Of a stretch of DNA of 63,965 nt, positions 37,351 through 47,367 are shown in pieces. How positions within the stretch are numbered: the first letter of the stretch is position 1; every line of letters begins with the position of its first letter. A model generated the notes under the pieces. The model had not been told where the DNA came from. It ran no database searches and worked only from the letters and a program-made list of their open reading frames with translations. A program made the position numbers and the translations under genes. Origin of the DNA: Gemmatimonadota bacterium (GTDB taxonomy: Bacteria > Latescibacterota > UBA2968 > UBA8231); NCBI GenBank assembly GCA_038153405.1, contig JAYOYH010000015.1, forward strand, positions 38,289 through 102,253, read 5' to 3'.

Positions 37351-39156
37351 ATGCACGCAATGTTCATAGATAGGCGCGGCCCCCTGCCCGATTGGGCGGT
37401 GCAGCAGCGCGCGCTCATAGCGGCGATGGATCGGGCTGTCTGGCCCTTTGTCGAACACGCCACGCGGCCCGACGGCACGCTGATGCAGCGCAGCGTATGG
37501 ACCAGTATGGACGGTACTGACAACGGCTACGAAGCCTTTCTTTCGCTGCCGCTCTTTTATTTAATCGGCGGCGGTGAGCACATGCACTCGCTGGCGCGCA
37601 AGGAGTGGGATGCCATTACCTGGCAGTATGAGGACTACGGCACGGTGGAGCGCGAATTTGTCGCCGGCTTCGACTGGTTCCACCACAGTGAGAGCTACAC
37701 CTACATCTATTATCTTGGTATGGCCGATCCCAACCACCATATCGATCGTCGGCGCGCCTTGCGCTATGCGGCGATGTATATCGGTGAAGATCCGCTGGCT
37801 GACAACTGGGATAGTGCGCGCAAGATGCTGCGCTCGCCGCTCAACGGCAGCCGCGGTCCGCGCTTTGTAACCACGCAGAAGGATTGGGACTACCACCGCC
37901 CGATTCTCGCCCACTATTTGGCGCCCTACGAGGATATGGAGGGCGTGGAAGAGGGGAACCCCTTTGCCAAAGCCGACTGGACAGACGACAAAACCTTTGC
38001 GCGCGTGCTCGAGTTAATCAACCGGCGCATGACGCGCGGCGACGTGCCGCTCAATCTGTCTTCGGCCAGTCTGGTGACTAACGCCTACTTGTACACCGGC
38101 GAAGAAAAGTACAAGACCTGGGTGTTGGAGTATCTGTCCAAGTGGATGGAACACTGCCGCAACAACGGAGGAATCGCCCCCGACAACGTTGGACCAAACG
38201 GCCAGGTCGGCGAGCTGATCGACGGCAAGTGGTGGGGTGGCTACTACGGCTGGCGCTGGCCGCACGGGGGCCGCAATATTACCGAGAGCGCCTACGTAGC
38301 CGGTTCGTGTGCGGCGCTGATGACCGGCGATATGAGCTGGTTGGATCTGTGCCGTTCGCAGCTGGATATGCTGTGGGATTTGCGTCGCCAAGAAGATGGG
38401 GTATGGAAGATACCGGCTCGCCACGGCGATACGGGCTGGTTTGACTACCGCGCGCCCGAGCCCGAACTCTACATTCACCTGTTCTATTTGAGCCAGAGCG
38501 ACGAGGATCGCGCCCGCCTGGAAGAAGTCTTTCCCCAGCGCGATGGCTTTGCCGCCTTCCCCGACGATTGGGGCGCGGGCAAAGCGGGTATTTGCCCGCC
38601 GCGCGCTTGGCAAGCTTGGATAGAGGGTCGGTATGCCGACTATCCGCGCGCGGCCATCGACTCGACCTACCAGTGCGTGGGGCGCAGCTTGGAGCGTTTG
38701 GCCGACGACGACAGCGATCCGGAGGAGCGCCACTGTTACCACTTCCAGAATATGAATCCGGTGCTGCCCGAAGCGCTCGTGCAGATGACCATGGGCACGC
38801 CCTCTGCGCTGTATAATGGCGGGTTGCTGCAGGCCCATCTGCGCTATTTTGATCCACACACGCGGCGCGCGGGCCTGCCTCAATACGTGGCGGCGCTGGT
38901 CAGCGCCGTCAGTGCAGACGGTGCTACGGTGACGCTGGTCAACACCGATCCGGTTGAGCGCCGCGCCGTCGTCGTGCAAGCAGGTTCATTTGCCGAACAC
39001 GAATTCCTCGCCGTGCAGGCTGCCGATGGGCAAGTAGAACGGGTCGATAGTCGATGGATTCGCGTGGAGTTGGGACCAGCGACCCAAGTGCAGCTCAAAC
39101 TCGATATGCGGCGCTTTGTGCACAGGCCCACGCACGACGGACCGCAGTGGGCGTGA
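37351..39156 (+). CDS. hypothetical protein, Trp/Tyr-rich, possibly glycoside hydrolase/lyase-like
   Basis: 601-aa ORF with normal codon usage; DG.DNGYE, DWFHHSE and WWGGYYGWRWPHG motifs; family not recognised with certainty. Confidence 0.75.
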   Translation: MHAMFIDRRGPLPDWAVQQRALIAAMDRAVWPFVEHATRPDGTLMQRSVWTSMDGTDNGYEAFLSLPLFYLIGGGEHMHSLARKEWDAITWQYEDYGTVEREFVAGFDWFHHSESYTYIYYLGMADPNHHIDRRRALRYAAMYIGEDPLADNWDSARKMLRSPLNGSRGPRFVTTQKDWDYHRPILAHYLAPYEDMEGVEEGNPFAKADWTDDKTFARVLELINRRMTRGDVPLNLSSASLVTNAYLYTGEEKYKTWVLEYLSKWMEHCRNNGGIAPDNVGPNGQVGELIDGKWWGGYYGWRWPHGGRNITESAYVAGSCAALMTGDMSWLDLCRSQLDMLWDLRRQEDGVWKIPARHGDTGWFDYRAPEPELYIHLFYLSQSDEDRARLEEVFPQRDGFAAFPDDWGAGKAGICPPRAWQAWIEGRYADYPRAAIDSTYQCVGRSLERLADDDSDPEERHCYHFQNMNPVLPEALVQMTMGTPSALYNGGLLQAHLRYFDPHTRRAGLPQYVAALVSAVSADGATVTLVNTDPVERRAVVVQAGSFAEHEFLAVQAADGQVERVDSRWIRVELGPATQVQLKLDMRRFVHRPTHDGPQWA

Positions 39157-39160
39157 CCGC

Positions 39161-40297
39161 ATGGAGACCGTAGAAGCGGCAGGGTGGCGCATCGGCGTGC
39201 GCGAGGCGCCGGAGTGGGACGCGCTCTTCAAACGCCGGGACGGCTGGACGGGTAGCGACGGCATTTACGCCGTTGCCCTGTCGGGGCGCGAGGCGCCGCC
39301 GTCGGCCGGGACGGCGGGGGGGCGGCAGGTTTTTATCTTCGGCGATACGTTTATAGGCCACGTCGATGAAGGGGGTATGCGGTGCAACTTCCGCATGGTC
39401 AACAACACGCTGGCCCAACTCGACGGGACAGCGCCCGATCCGACAGCGCTGCGCTTTTTGTGGAGCGACGAAGGCGATGGCACGTTTTTTACGCCATCGA
39501 CCCCGCAGGCTCGAGCGGCCGGCGCGTGCTGGTACTGGCTGCAGGACGGCTTTGCGCAGGACGGCTACCTCTATATGATGCCGATGCTGATCGCCCGCCG
39601 CCCTGACGGACTCCCGGGATTCCAGTTTCGCGATTTTGCCACCTGTCTGATTAAGGTGCCGCTGGACAATAGCGGGCCCCAGTGGGCGCGCCACGAGCAA
39701 GTTGACGCGCCGTTTTTTGACGTCGACGAGCGCCGCAAACTGTTTTTCGGTGCCGCCTTTATGCCGCATACAGCGCAGTCGGGCGCGCCCCATCCAGACG
39801 GGTATATCTATACCTACGGGCGCTACCACGGCCGCGGCGACGGCGAGGTAAAGCTGGCCGTCGCACGCGTGGAAAGCGCCGCGTTTGAAGACTTTGCCGC
39901 CTGGCGTTTCTGGAACGGAGCCGAATGGAGCCGTCGCATAGGGGACGCCGCCCCGCTGGGCCGCGGCGGTCCTGAACTGAGCGTGACACCCGCTGCCCAC
40001 GGCGACCTGAGGGGCCACTACCTGCTCGTCTCGATGCACGTAGAGCGCGATCTCTACGTGCGCATAGGCGATAGTCCAGTGGGACCCTTTGGTCCACGCA
40101 TCGACATCTACCACACGCGCGAACCGGACATCGGCAAAGAAATCTATACCTACAACGCCAAAGCGCATCCCACGCTGTCCACGCCGAGCGAATGGCTGGT
40201 GTCTTATAACGTCAACGCGCGCTCGTGGGACAGTTTGGTCGAAGACGCCGATATCTATAGGCCGCGCTTTTTATGGGTCTCTATAGAGCGGAGGTAA
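39161..40297 (+). CDS. DUF4185/DUF5005-like beta-propeller glycosidase-like protein
   Basis: GWTGSDG.Y, FGDTF, DGYIYTYG, WRFWNG..W, YTYNAKAHP, VSYNVN and YRPRF motifs. Confidence 0.75.
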   Translation: METVEAAGWRIGVREAPEWDALFKRRDGWTGSDGIYAVALSGREAPPSAGTAGGRQVFIFGDTFIGHVDEGGMRCNFRMVNNTLAQLDGTAPDPTALRFLWSDEGDGTFFTPSTPQARAAGACWYWLQDGFAQDGYLYMMPMLIARRPDGLPGFQFRDFATCLIKVPLDNSGPQWARHEQVDAPFFDVDERRKLFFGAAFMPHTAQSGAPHPDGYIYTYGRYHGRGDGEVKLAVARVESAAFEDFAAWRFWNGAEWSRRIGDAAPLGRGGPELSVTPAAHGDLRGHYLLVSMHVERDLYVRIGDSPVGPFGPRIDIYHTREPDIGKEIYTYNAKAHPTLSTPSEWLVSYNVNARSWDSLVEDADIYRPRFLWVSIERR

Positions 40298-40304
40298 TCC
40301 CCCT

Positions 40305-40496
40305 GTGAACTACTTAGAAGAGCGCGCCATTGAATGCCCCTACTGCGGGGAATACATCGAGGTGTTGGTCGACTGCTCTGTTGCGCGACAGACCTATGTG
40401 GAAGACTGCCAGGTGTGCTGCAGCCCGATCGTCTTGACCGTCTATGTGCACGGGGAGGGCGACATTGCCATTGAAGTGCGGCGAGAAAATGGCTGA
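40305..40496 (+). CDS. CPXCG motif cysteine-rich protein
   Basis: CPYCGE...YVEDCQVCC.PI. Confidence 0.9.
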   Translation: MNYLEERAIECPYCGEYIEVLVDCSVARQTYVEDCQVCCSPIVLTVYVHGEGDIAIEVRRENG

Positions 40497-40502
40497 TCGC
40501 GC

Positions 40503-41777
40503 GTGCTGCAGGCGCGCGGCAGATGGAGTGCGCCGGTGCGCCGCGCAGAGCTGATCGCCCGCGCCGAGCGCGGCAATGCCATAAATTGGACGACCTATTC
40601 TACGCTACAAGGTCTGAGCGGTTCGTTTATATCGGCCGATCTGTTTAATACCGTGCTGATGCGTCAGGGAGCGTCCGACTTTGTTCTCGGCCTCTTTGCC
40701 GCCAACCAACTCGTATCGCTCGTGGCGCAGTTTGTGGCGGCGCGCTACGTCGATGCGGCGCGCGACAAAGTGCGACTGATGTGGCGCGCGCACGTCATCC
40801 AGCTGCTGCCGATTCTCTTGCCGACCGCGCTGCTGTGGTCCACTGGGGGTCAGGTGGGTCTGTGGCCGTTCTTTGGTGCGGTTTTTTTCTACTACCTGAT
40901 TAACAGCGTGGTCGGCGCCTTCGGCAGCATTGCCAATATGGATCTGCTCAGCCGCCTGCTGCGTCCGGGTGGGCGCGGTAAACTGCTCGGCATGCAGGGG
41001 GCACTGGGTGGACTGGCGGGAATTGCCAGCGGGCTGATTGTCGCGACAATCGTTGGCCGCTTGGCCTATCCGCTGGGCTATACGACGGTGTGGTGCACGG
41101 GCCTGCTGTTTTCGCTGTGTACTAGCGTGCTGCTGCTGCGCCTGCGCCCGCTGCCCGGCCTGCGCCCGCTGCGCCGGGTGGAGCAGCCGCGTTTGCGCCA
41201 GGCGCTGCGCACGGTAGCGGCCGATCGCCGCTACGCCATTTTTTTAATCGCCGTCATTGCGCGCATGGGCTTTAGTGCAACGCAGTACTACATCTGGCCG
41301 ACGGCGCGTCGCATACACGGCCTGCCCGACGAATTTGTCGGCTATTTGGCCAGCGTCAACAGCGCCATTGCCATGTGCAGCGCACCGCTGATCGGCTGGC
41401 TGGCCGACCGCTTGGGGCGCGCGCAGACAGCCCTGCTGTTTTCGATTGTGTCCGTGGTCGGCTTTGCGCTCTTTCCCCATGCCGATAATCGATCGTGGCT
41501 TTTGGTCGCCTACGTGCTGATTGGCGTGGGCACTAGCGGCATTACAATGCCGCTCTATCTGTCGGTACTCGATCTCTCGCCCTCGGACCAGCGCGGTCTC
41601 TATGTCGCCGTGCGCTACGGAACGGAAAGCGGCGTCTACGCGCTGTTCTTGCCGCTGTTTGGTTACTGCTCGACTCACTTCGCTCCGCACGTAATTTTCT
41701 ACGCAGGGGCGGTGCTGGCGGCGCTGGCGGGTGCAGTGCTTTTTCGGGTGGCCGAAGGGCGCACCGCAGTGGAGTAG
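40503..41777 (+). CDS. MFS transporter
   Basis: About twelve hydrophobic helices; GWLADRLGR motif A; RG..G loops. Confidence 0.9.
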   Translation: MLQARGRWSAPVRRAELIARAERGNAINWTTYSTLQGLSGSFISADLFNTVLMRQGASDFVLGLFAANQLVSLVAQFVAARYVDAARDKVRLMWRAHVIQLLPILLPTALLWSTGGQVGLWPFFGAVFFYYLINSVVGAFGSIANMDLLSRLLRPGGRGKLLGMQGALGGLAGIASGLIVATIVGRLAYPLGYTTVWCTGLLFSLCTSVLLLRLRPLPGLRPLRRVEQPRLRQALRTVAADRRYAIFLIAVIARMGFSATQYYIWPTARRIHGLPDEFVGYLASVNSAIAMCSAPLIGWLADRLGRAQTALLFSIVSVVGFALFPHADNRSWLLVAYVLIGVGTSGITMPLYLSVLDLSPSDQRGLYVAVRYGTESGVYALFLPLFGYCSTHFAPHVIFYAGAVLAALAGAVLFRVAEGRTAVE

Positions 41778-41784
41778 GTCGCCG

Positions 41785-42324
41785 TCATTTGATGAGGCCG
41801 GCAATTTCCTTAAACTCCGTGCTGCCGGCTCGCTGTAATAGCTCAAATAGGCACATTTCTACCGAAGTAATCTGCGCGCCACAGTGCAGCATTTTTTCTA
41901 GGCCAATGGCTTTGTTCTGCGCGGTGCGCGATGAGACGGCATCGGCAACGACTTCGACGTAGAAGCCATCGCTGAGCAAATCGCGCGCAGTCTGGTATAC
42001 GCAGATATGCGTTTCGATGCCGGCCAGCAGAATGTGCCGACGGCCCGTTTCGCGCAGTGCGTTGGAAAAGGCGCTCAGGCCGCAGGCGCTAAAGCAGGTC
42101 TTGGCCAGCGGTTGTTGGTCGGGTAGCAGGTTGGCCACTTCGGGAATCGTCGGTCCTAACCCCTTGGGATACTGCTCCAACCACAGGATGGGAAGCTGCA
42201 GGGCCTGGGCGCCCTTGATGAGTGTTTGCAGCTGGGCGTAGAGCGCATCTTTGTCGTGCATCAATGCGGCGAGTTTGCCCTGAATATCGATGAGAACGAG
42301 GGCGGTGTTGTAGACTTTTAGCAT
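41785..42324 (-). CDS. isochorismatase family hydrolase
   Basis: LVLIDIQGKL, EQYPKGLG.T, K..FS and GIETHICVYQT motifs. Confidence 0.93.
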   Translation of the reverse strand: MLKVYNTALVLIDIQGKLAALMHDKDALYAQLQTLIKGAQALQLPILWLEQYPKGLGPTIPEVANLLPDQQPLAKTCFSACGLSAFSNALRETGRRHILLAGIETHICVYQTARDLLSDGFYVEVVADAVSSRTAQNKAIGLEKMLHCGAQITSVEMCLFELLQRAGSTEFKEIAGLIK

Positions 42325-42415
42325 CGGGAAACTCCTTTAATGGTGGCGTGCGACGCGCGCCAACCATAGCATCTCACGCTCTCGCGCTCCAGCACTTATG
42401 GGGCGCGCTGGGCGC

Positions 42416-42457
42416 AAAAAAATCGGGTCGGAAAGGGCACGGGGCCCTTCCGACCCG
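42416..42457 (-). terminator. rho-independent terminator of the uxuA-like gene
   Basis: Stem CGGGTCGGAA(A)GGGC/GCCCTTCCGACCCG followed by T7 on the minus strand. Confidence 0.8.
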
Positions 42458-42484
42458 CAACGGGGTGCGCACGGGGCAATGTGT

Positions 42485-43543
42485 TTACGCCGCCCCGCCG
42501 TACTCGTTGTTAACGGCCTGCACTAGCGCACGCATATAGGCGATTGAATAGGCTACGCCAACGCGGTGACCGCCGAGCATGGCGGGAATGTGGTCGGGAA
42601 TAATGCAGCCGTCAAACTGCACTTCGCGCAGTGCGCGCATGACTTGGTGCATGTCCTGATAGCCGTTGTCAATCAGGGTTTCTACCCATGGCTCCGGCAT
42701 GGGGTTAGATACGTTGCGGAAGTGGACCTTAAACAGCTGACCTTGTTGGGCAAAGTGCTTGATGGCGTCTACCACGCCTACGCCCATGCCCGCTTCGCCG
42801 CCCTCTAGCCAGCAGCCCACGCACAGGCAGACGCCGATATTGGGGCTATCGGCAATTTCCATCGCGCGCTTGTAGCCTTCGAAGTTTCCGAACATACAGC
42901 GGGGTATGCCGCCCAACGCGTAGACCGGTGGGTCGTCTGGGTGAATGCCGATGCGCACGCCGGCGTCCTCGGCTACGGGGGCAATTTGGCGAATCATGTA
43001 TTCGTAATTGTCCCACAGTTCGTCTTCGCCATAGGCGCGTCCGTGCGTCAACTCACCTTCGTACGTCTCGCCAATCCAGCGGCCGACGGCGTTGTTGATG
43101 TCGAGCGATCGCGCGTCCATGCCGCCGCGTCCCTCGACGCGCTCAGAAGACCAGATGCCGTTGCCCATGTGGGCGTAGGTATTGTAGTAGATGCCCGCTT
43201 CGCCGAGGTTGCGAATAAACTGTTTAAATTCTTCGATCTTGGCGTCGCGCTCGGGCAGGTTGAGGGTGATGGCCGGCACGTTGTGCACGCTGTGGTTAGC
43301 GATGCGGTAGATCTTGATGCCGCGCTCGCCAAAGCGCTTGACCAAGCTCTTGTAGAATTCGGCCGAGTGCTGTTCGGCGTTGTTGATGCCGACCATCGCC
43401 CATTCGACGCCTAGCTGCTCAAAAAACTGCAGATCTTCGTCGCTGGCATCGGCACCGGTCTGAATGGCAATTTGAATGCCTTGCGTGCTCGAGTAGTAGC
43501 CGGGCACGGCCTGCATGGGATATTGTTGCGTCTGCGCGCTCAT
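42485..43543 (-). CDS. uxuA: mannonate dehydratase (UxuA) family
   Basis: LWDNY.Y, IHPDDPP, CLCVGC, KVHFRNV and IPDH.P...AYSIAYMRAL; GGAG RBS before ATG 43543. The longer ORF-track start is a shadow of tag. Confidence 0.85.
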   Translation of the reverse strand: MSAQTQQYPMQAVPGYYSSTQGIQIAIQTGADASDEDLQFFEQLGVEWAMVGINNAEQHSAEFYKSLVKRFGERGIKIYRIANHSVHNVPAITLNLPERDAKIEEFKQFIRNLGEAGIYYNTYAHMGNGIWSSERVEGRGGMDARSLDINNAVGRWIGETYEGELTHGRAYGEDELWDNYEYMIRQIAPVAEDAGVRIGIHPDDPPVYALGGIPRCMFGNFEGYKRAMEIADSPNIGVCLCVGCWLEGGEAGMGVGVVDAIKHFAQQGQLFKVHFRNVSNPMPEPWVETLIDNGYQDMHQVMRALREVQFDGCIIPDHIPAMLGGHRVGVAYSIAYMRALVQAVNNEYGGAA

Positions 43544-43708
43544 GGACTGTCTCCGCTGAATGGGTTCGGTAAAATCTGGACGTCGCGTCTGGATTGGCCT
43601 ATATATAGGCGCTAATATTCTGCAAAAGAATAGCGCATGGCAAATGTCGGCGATTGCCGCGCAGTGCTGCAAATAAAAATTATTCTGCACAGAAGCTAAC
43701 GAGGCGCT

Positions 43709-44284
43709 ATGCACCGCTGTCCCTGGGTCGATCTCGACAAGGACGACTACGTGGCCTACCACGACGAAGAGTGGGGCGTGCCCGTGCACGACGACCGGCG
43801 GCAGTTCGAGTTTCTCACGCTTGAGTCGGCCCAGGCAGGACTGAGCTGGTACACCGTGCTGCGCAAGCGCGCTCACTATCGCCTGGCCTTTGCCGGCTTT
43901 GATCCGGAGAAGGTGGCCCGCTTTTCGGAGAAGAAAATCGAAGGGCTGATGCACAACTCTGGCATTATTCGCAACCGCTTGAAAATAAACGCCGCCGTGC
44001 ACAACGCGCGCTGCTTCCTCGAAGTGCAGAGCGCGTTTGGGTCGTTTGATGAATATATTTGGCGCTTTGTCGATGGGCGGCCAATCGTCAACGAATGGTG
44101 CACGGAGGACGATTACCCGGCCACGTCGCCCGCGTCCGATGCGCTGAGCAAAGACCTCAAGGGGCGTGGTTTTAAGTTCGTCGGTTCGACCATAGTCTAC
44201 GCGCATATGCAGGCAGCGGGGCTGGTCAACGACCACGCGGTTGACTGCTTTCGGCGCCCGGAAATTCTCGCGACCTACGAATAG
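43709..44284 (+). CDS. tag: DNA-3-methyladenine glycosylase I
   Basis: RCPW, YHDEEWG, LESAQAGLSW, IIRNRLKI, GFKFVG.T and GLVNDH...C motifs. Confidence 0.97.
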   Translation: MHRCPWVDLDKDDYVAYHDEEWGVPVHDDRRQFEFLTLESAQAGLSWYTVLRKRAHYRLAFAGFDPEKVARFSEKKIEGLMHNSGIIRNRLKINAAVHNARCFLEVQSAFGSFDEYIWRFVDGRPIVNEWCTEDDYPATSPASDALSKDLKGRGFKFVGSTIVYAHMQAAGLVNDHAVDCFRRPEILATYE

Positions 44285-44448
44285 AGCACATCCATTCGAC
44301 CCGTAGAATGGGTGCGGCGCCGGGCCGCGTCGCCCATTGCCGAGTGCACCAGCCGTGCCTACCTTGGAGCGGCATTGGCTCGTTGCGCGCTTGCCGTCTT
44401 CGCGCTGCGCAGCCCCACGCCGTCGTTTCTCACCACGGGAATCCACTT

Positions 44449-45546
44449 ATGAGCAGCCCTGCCCCTAATCCCAGCGTTCCCCGCGCCAACGCGGCGCCGT
44501 TTTCGCTAATCGACGCCGACGTACACAATTACCCCAATTCGCTCGCCGACCTGATGCCCTTCCTTCCGGCTCGCTGGCAGGCCTACGCCGAGCAGTCCGG
44601 TTTGCAGCTACCGGGCGTATCGCTCTACCCAAAGGTCTTTGCCGCCGCCGCGCGACGCGATGCCTGGCCACCCAGCGGCGGCAAGCCCGGTAGCGACCCG
44701 ACTTTTGCCGCCGCCCAGTTGCTCGATGAGTGGTCTATTGATCGGGCTATACTCAATCCGCTGGTAGCTGCTTCCGCCGTGCACAATATCGAGTTGGGCA
44801 ATGCGCTGGCGCGCGCCGTTAACGAGTGGACGGCAGCCCACTGGCTCGACGCCGATCCGCGCTGGCGCGGTGCGATCGCCGTCAATATCCGCGATCCGGA
44901 AGGCGCGGCAGCCGAAATACGCCACTGGGCAAACGACCCGCGCTTCGTGCAGGTGCTGCTGCTGGCGCGCGTGCACGCACCCTACGGCAAGCGCGCCTTT
45001 CGCCCACTGCTGCGCGCTGCAGCGGAGTGCGACCTGCCCGTTGGCATTCACTTTGGCGGCGGCGGCGATGTGCCGATAACGGCCTGTGGGTGGCCTTCGT
45101 ACTACATCGAAGACCACACCACGATGACGCAGGCCTTTGAAACGCACGTCGTCAGTCTGGTTTGCGAGGGCGTTTTCTGCCAACTGCCGGACCTGCGCGT
45201 GGTGCTGATTGAGGGCGGCTTCGCTTGGCTGCCGGGGCTGATCTGGCGACTCGACAAAAACTGGCGCGGACTGCGCAGCGAAGTGCCGTGGCTGGTCAAG
45301 CCGCCGAGCGACTATATTCGCACGCACTTTCGCTCTACGACTCAGCCGATGGAAGAGCCGGACGATCCGCAGCACCTCGTGCAGATTATCGACATGATTG
45401 GCTGCGACGATTTTCTGATGTTTGCCACCGACTATCCGCACTGGGATTTTGACGCGCCCAACCGCGTTCTGCCGGCCGCGGTGCCCGAAGCCATGCGCTG
45501 CGGCATATTTTCCGCGCACGCAGAGGCGTTTTATGGCCTCGATTGA
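44449..45546 (+). CDS. amidohydrolase_2-fold protein, probable amidohydrolase-related dinuclear oxygenase subunit
   Basis: IDADVH, LPVGIHFGG, IEGGFAW, TTQPMEEP and FATDYPHWDFD motifs; overlaps the Rieske gene. Confidence 0.85.
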   Translation: MSSPAPNPSVPRANAAPFSLIDADVHNYPNSLADLMPFLPARWQAYAEQSGLQLPGVSLYPKVFAAAARRDAWPPSGGKPGSDPTFAAAQLLDEWSIDRAILNPLVAASAVHNIELGNALARAVNEWTAAHWLDADPRWRGAIAVNIRDPEGAAAEIRHWANDPRFVQVLLLARVHAPYGKRAFRPLLRAAAECDLPVGIHFGGGGDVPITACGWPSYYIEDHTTMTQAFETHVVSLVCEGVFCQLPDLRVVLIEGGFAWLPGLIWRLDKNWRGLRSEVPWLVKPPSDYIRTHFRSTTQPMEEPDDPQHLVQIIDMIGCDDFLMFATDYPHWDFDAPNRVLPAAVPEAMRCGIFSAHAEAFYGLD

Positions 45547-45892
45547 GCTAGGTGACCTAGAGCGCTTTGTCGACGGGGTGGCCGAGCCCATTGAGCTGTC
45601 TGGACGCGCACTGGTCGTAGTGCGCCGCGGCAATGCGGTCCACGTGCTGCGCGACCGCTGTCCGCACCAAGGAGCGCGCCTATCGGATGGCCACGTGACC
45701 GGGTATGTGCCCTCCTGCAGGCCGGGCGCCGATATCTCCATAGAGCGTCCGGGCGAAATTATCGTCTGCCCTTGGCACGGCTGGGAGTTCGACGTGCGGA
45801 CGGGGCTCTCGCTCTGCGACCCGCAGCACACGCGCGTGCGCTCCTATGCGACGCGGGTGGAAAATGGACGCGTATTGGTCGAAATCGACTAG
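45533..45892 (+). CDS. Rieske [2Fe-2S] ferredoxin
   Basis: CPHQGA...CPWHGWEFD. Confidence 0.93.
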   Translation: MASIELGDLERFVDGVAEPIELSGRALVVVRRGNAVHVLRDRCPHQGARLSDGHVTGYVPSCRPGADISIERPGEIIVCPWHGWEFDVRTGLSLCDPQHTRVRSYATRVENGRVLVEID

Positions 45893-45908
45893 CGGGTCGA
45901 TCGCGCGG

Positions 45909-47273
45909 CTACTCCACGGCGATGCCCGATATCAGCGCGTTCAGTCCGCTCTCGGCATCCCACATATTCTCGTTGGCCAAGCGATAGGCATAGCGCGGAT
46001 CCCAGCGCAGACGCGGCGACGGATCGGGCAGGAAAAGGGCCAGTCTATAGGAGCCCTTGGGTAGGTCGGCAGGCAGCGCTAGGCGGGTGTTAAACACATA
46101 CTGTTGTCCCGGTTTCCACGCGCGCGGATCGACGTCCTGAGCAAAGGTGAACAGAGCACTGCTCTCCTCGTTTTGCAGAACAAACTCCACGTCGCGCGCG
46201 TTGTAGAGGGGCGCGAATCCGCGGTTGCTCAGCGCGACCTCAACTTCCAGCACGCCGCCCGCGCGCACCTTACGCTGCGCGCGGCTTTCCTCTAAGACGA
46301 GGCGCGCGCCAAGCCGCTGCGCAATCTCGTCGAAGCAACCCTGCTCGCGCCACTTTTGCAATACCTTGGGATGGTAGGCGCGGTTGAGGTAGCTGGCGTG
46401 CAGGGTAGAGAGTTCATCGAGTGCGCGCTGGCAGTCGTTGAGCGGGTGCGGATTGCAGGTCTCGCCGCCAAAGAGCGTATAGAGTGTTTCCGCGGCCAAA
46501 TAGGCCGTCTCGTCGCTGCGCGTCTGTCCGCCGCGTTCATAGGTGCCGTAATCCGTTTCGGAGGCTAAAAAGCAGTCGTTGTGATGACCGACGCGGGCGA
46601 CGTGGGAACCGCCGTAGGCGTTGTCGGAACGGACCTGTTCATAGGTGCCGTTGTCTTCTTTGAATAGCTGCTGTTTAAAATAGGGGTAGCGCACGGCGAT
46701 CATGCGCTCGGCCGGGGTGTGGTCTAGTAGATGAAAGAGCACCTGGCGTCCGCGCGCGTAGTCTTGGGCAAGGGCGGTGGTATGCCATTCGCCCCAGGGT
46801 CCGACAAAGCCGGCTTCAAAGAGGGCAATCACGTCGGCGTGCTGGACAAAAATAGGCGCCAGTTGCTCTATGTGACGTTCGATGATGTCCTGCGCAGGAT
46901 CCTCGTAGGTCGTGTAGTCTCCCCCGGGACCGCGCGAGCCATACGAGGTGCGCACGATGACCTTCATCCCGCCGTGACGCGCCGTAGCAAAGCCCGCGTT
47001 AAGCGAGTCGAGTACGGCCTGCGGCAGGTCTGCTTGGTCGCGGTAGGCGTCGAGGGCAATTTTACCCCATACCAGCGCGTAGCCTTCGGCGCGGCGCCGG
47101 CCTATGTCCGGGCTGAGCTGTAGCAGGTTGTTGTAGAGGTAGAAGCCGCGCTCGGGGTTGGCGAATACATCGCTGCTTTCCGCGTGGCGCACGGCGGCAA
47201 CATCGCCGACGGGCTGTGCCAGTACACCCGTTGCGATCGACGCGGATACAAGTGTGATAAGAAGCGCTTTCAA
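45909..47273 (-). CDS. secreted DUF4874/DUF4832 domain protein (glycoside hydrolase-like TIM barrel)
   Basis: Signal peptide after TTG 47273 (GGGAGAG RBS); NPERGFY, AGFVGPWGEWH, GHHNDCFLAS, GGET and NRGFAPLYN motifs. Confidence 0.85.
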   Translation of the reverse strand: MKALLITLVSASIATGVLAQPVGDVAAVRHAESSDVFANPERGFYLYNNLLQLSPDIGRRRAEGYALVWGKIALDAYRDQADLPQAVLDSLNAGFATARHGGMKVIVRTSYGSRGPGGDYTTYEDPAQDIIERHIEQLAPIFVQHADVIALFEAGFVGPWGEWHTTALAQDYARGRQVLFHLLDHTPAERMIAVRYPYFKQQLFKEDNGTYEQVRSDNAYGGSHVARVGHHNDCFLASETDYGTYERGGQTRSDETAYLAAETLYTLFGGETCNPHPLNDCQRALDELSTLHASYLNRAYHPKVLQKWREQGCFDEIAQRLGARLVLEESRAQRKVRAGGVLEVEVALSNRGFAPLYNARDVEFVLQNEESSALFTFAQDVDPRAWKPGQQYVFNTRLALPADLPKGSYRLALFLPDPSPRLRWDPRYAYRLANENMWDAESGLNALISGIAVE

Positions 47274-47367
47274 GGCGTCTCTCCCGATAGCGGTTGGGCG
47301 GGGGCTAACTGGCCTGGTATCATCTGTTAAACGCAGTTTGTCACGCTGTGATGACGGAGTGAAGATC

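Noticed and set aside
43544..44446. Apparent 301-aa N-terminal extension making a 653-aa UxuA fusion
   Set aside because: It is the antisense shadow of the genuine tag gene; uxuA has its own RBS and ATG at 43543.
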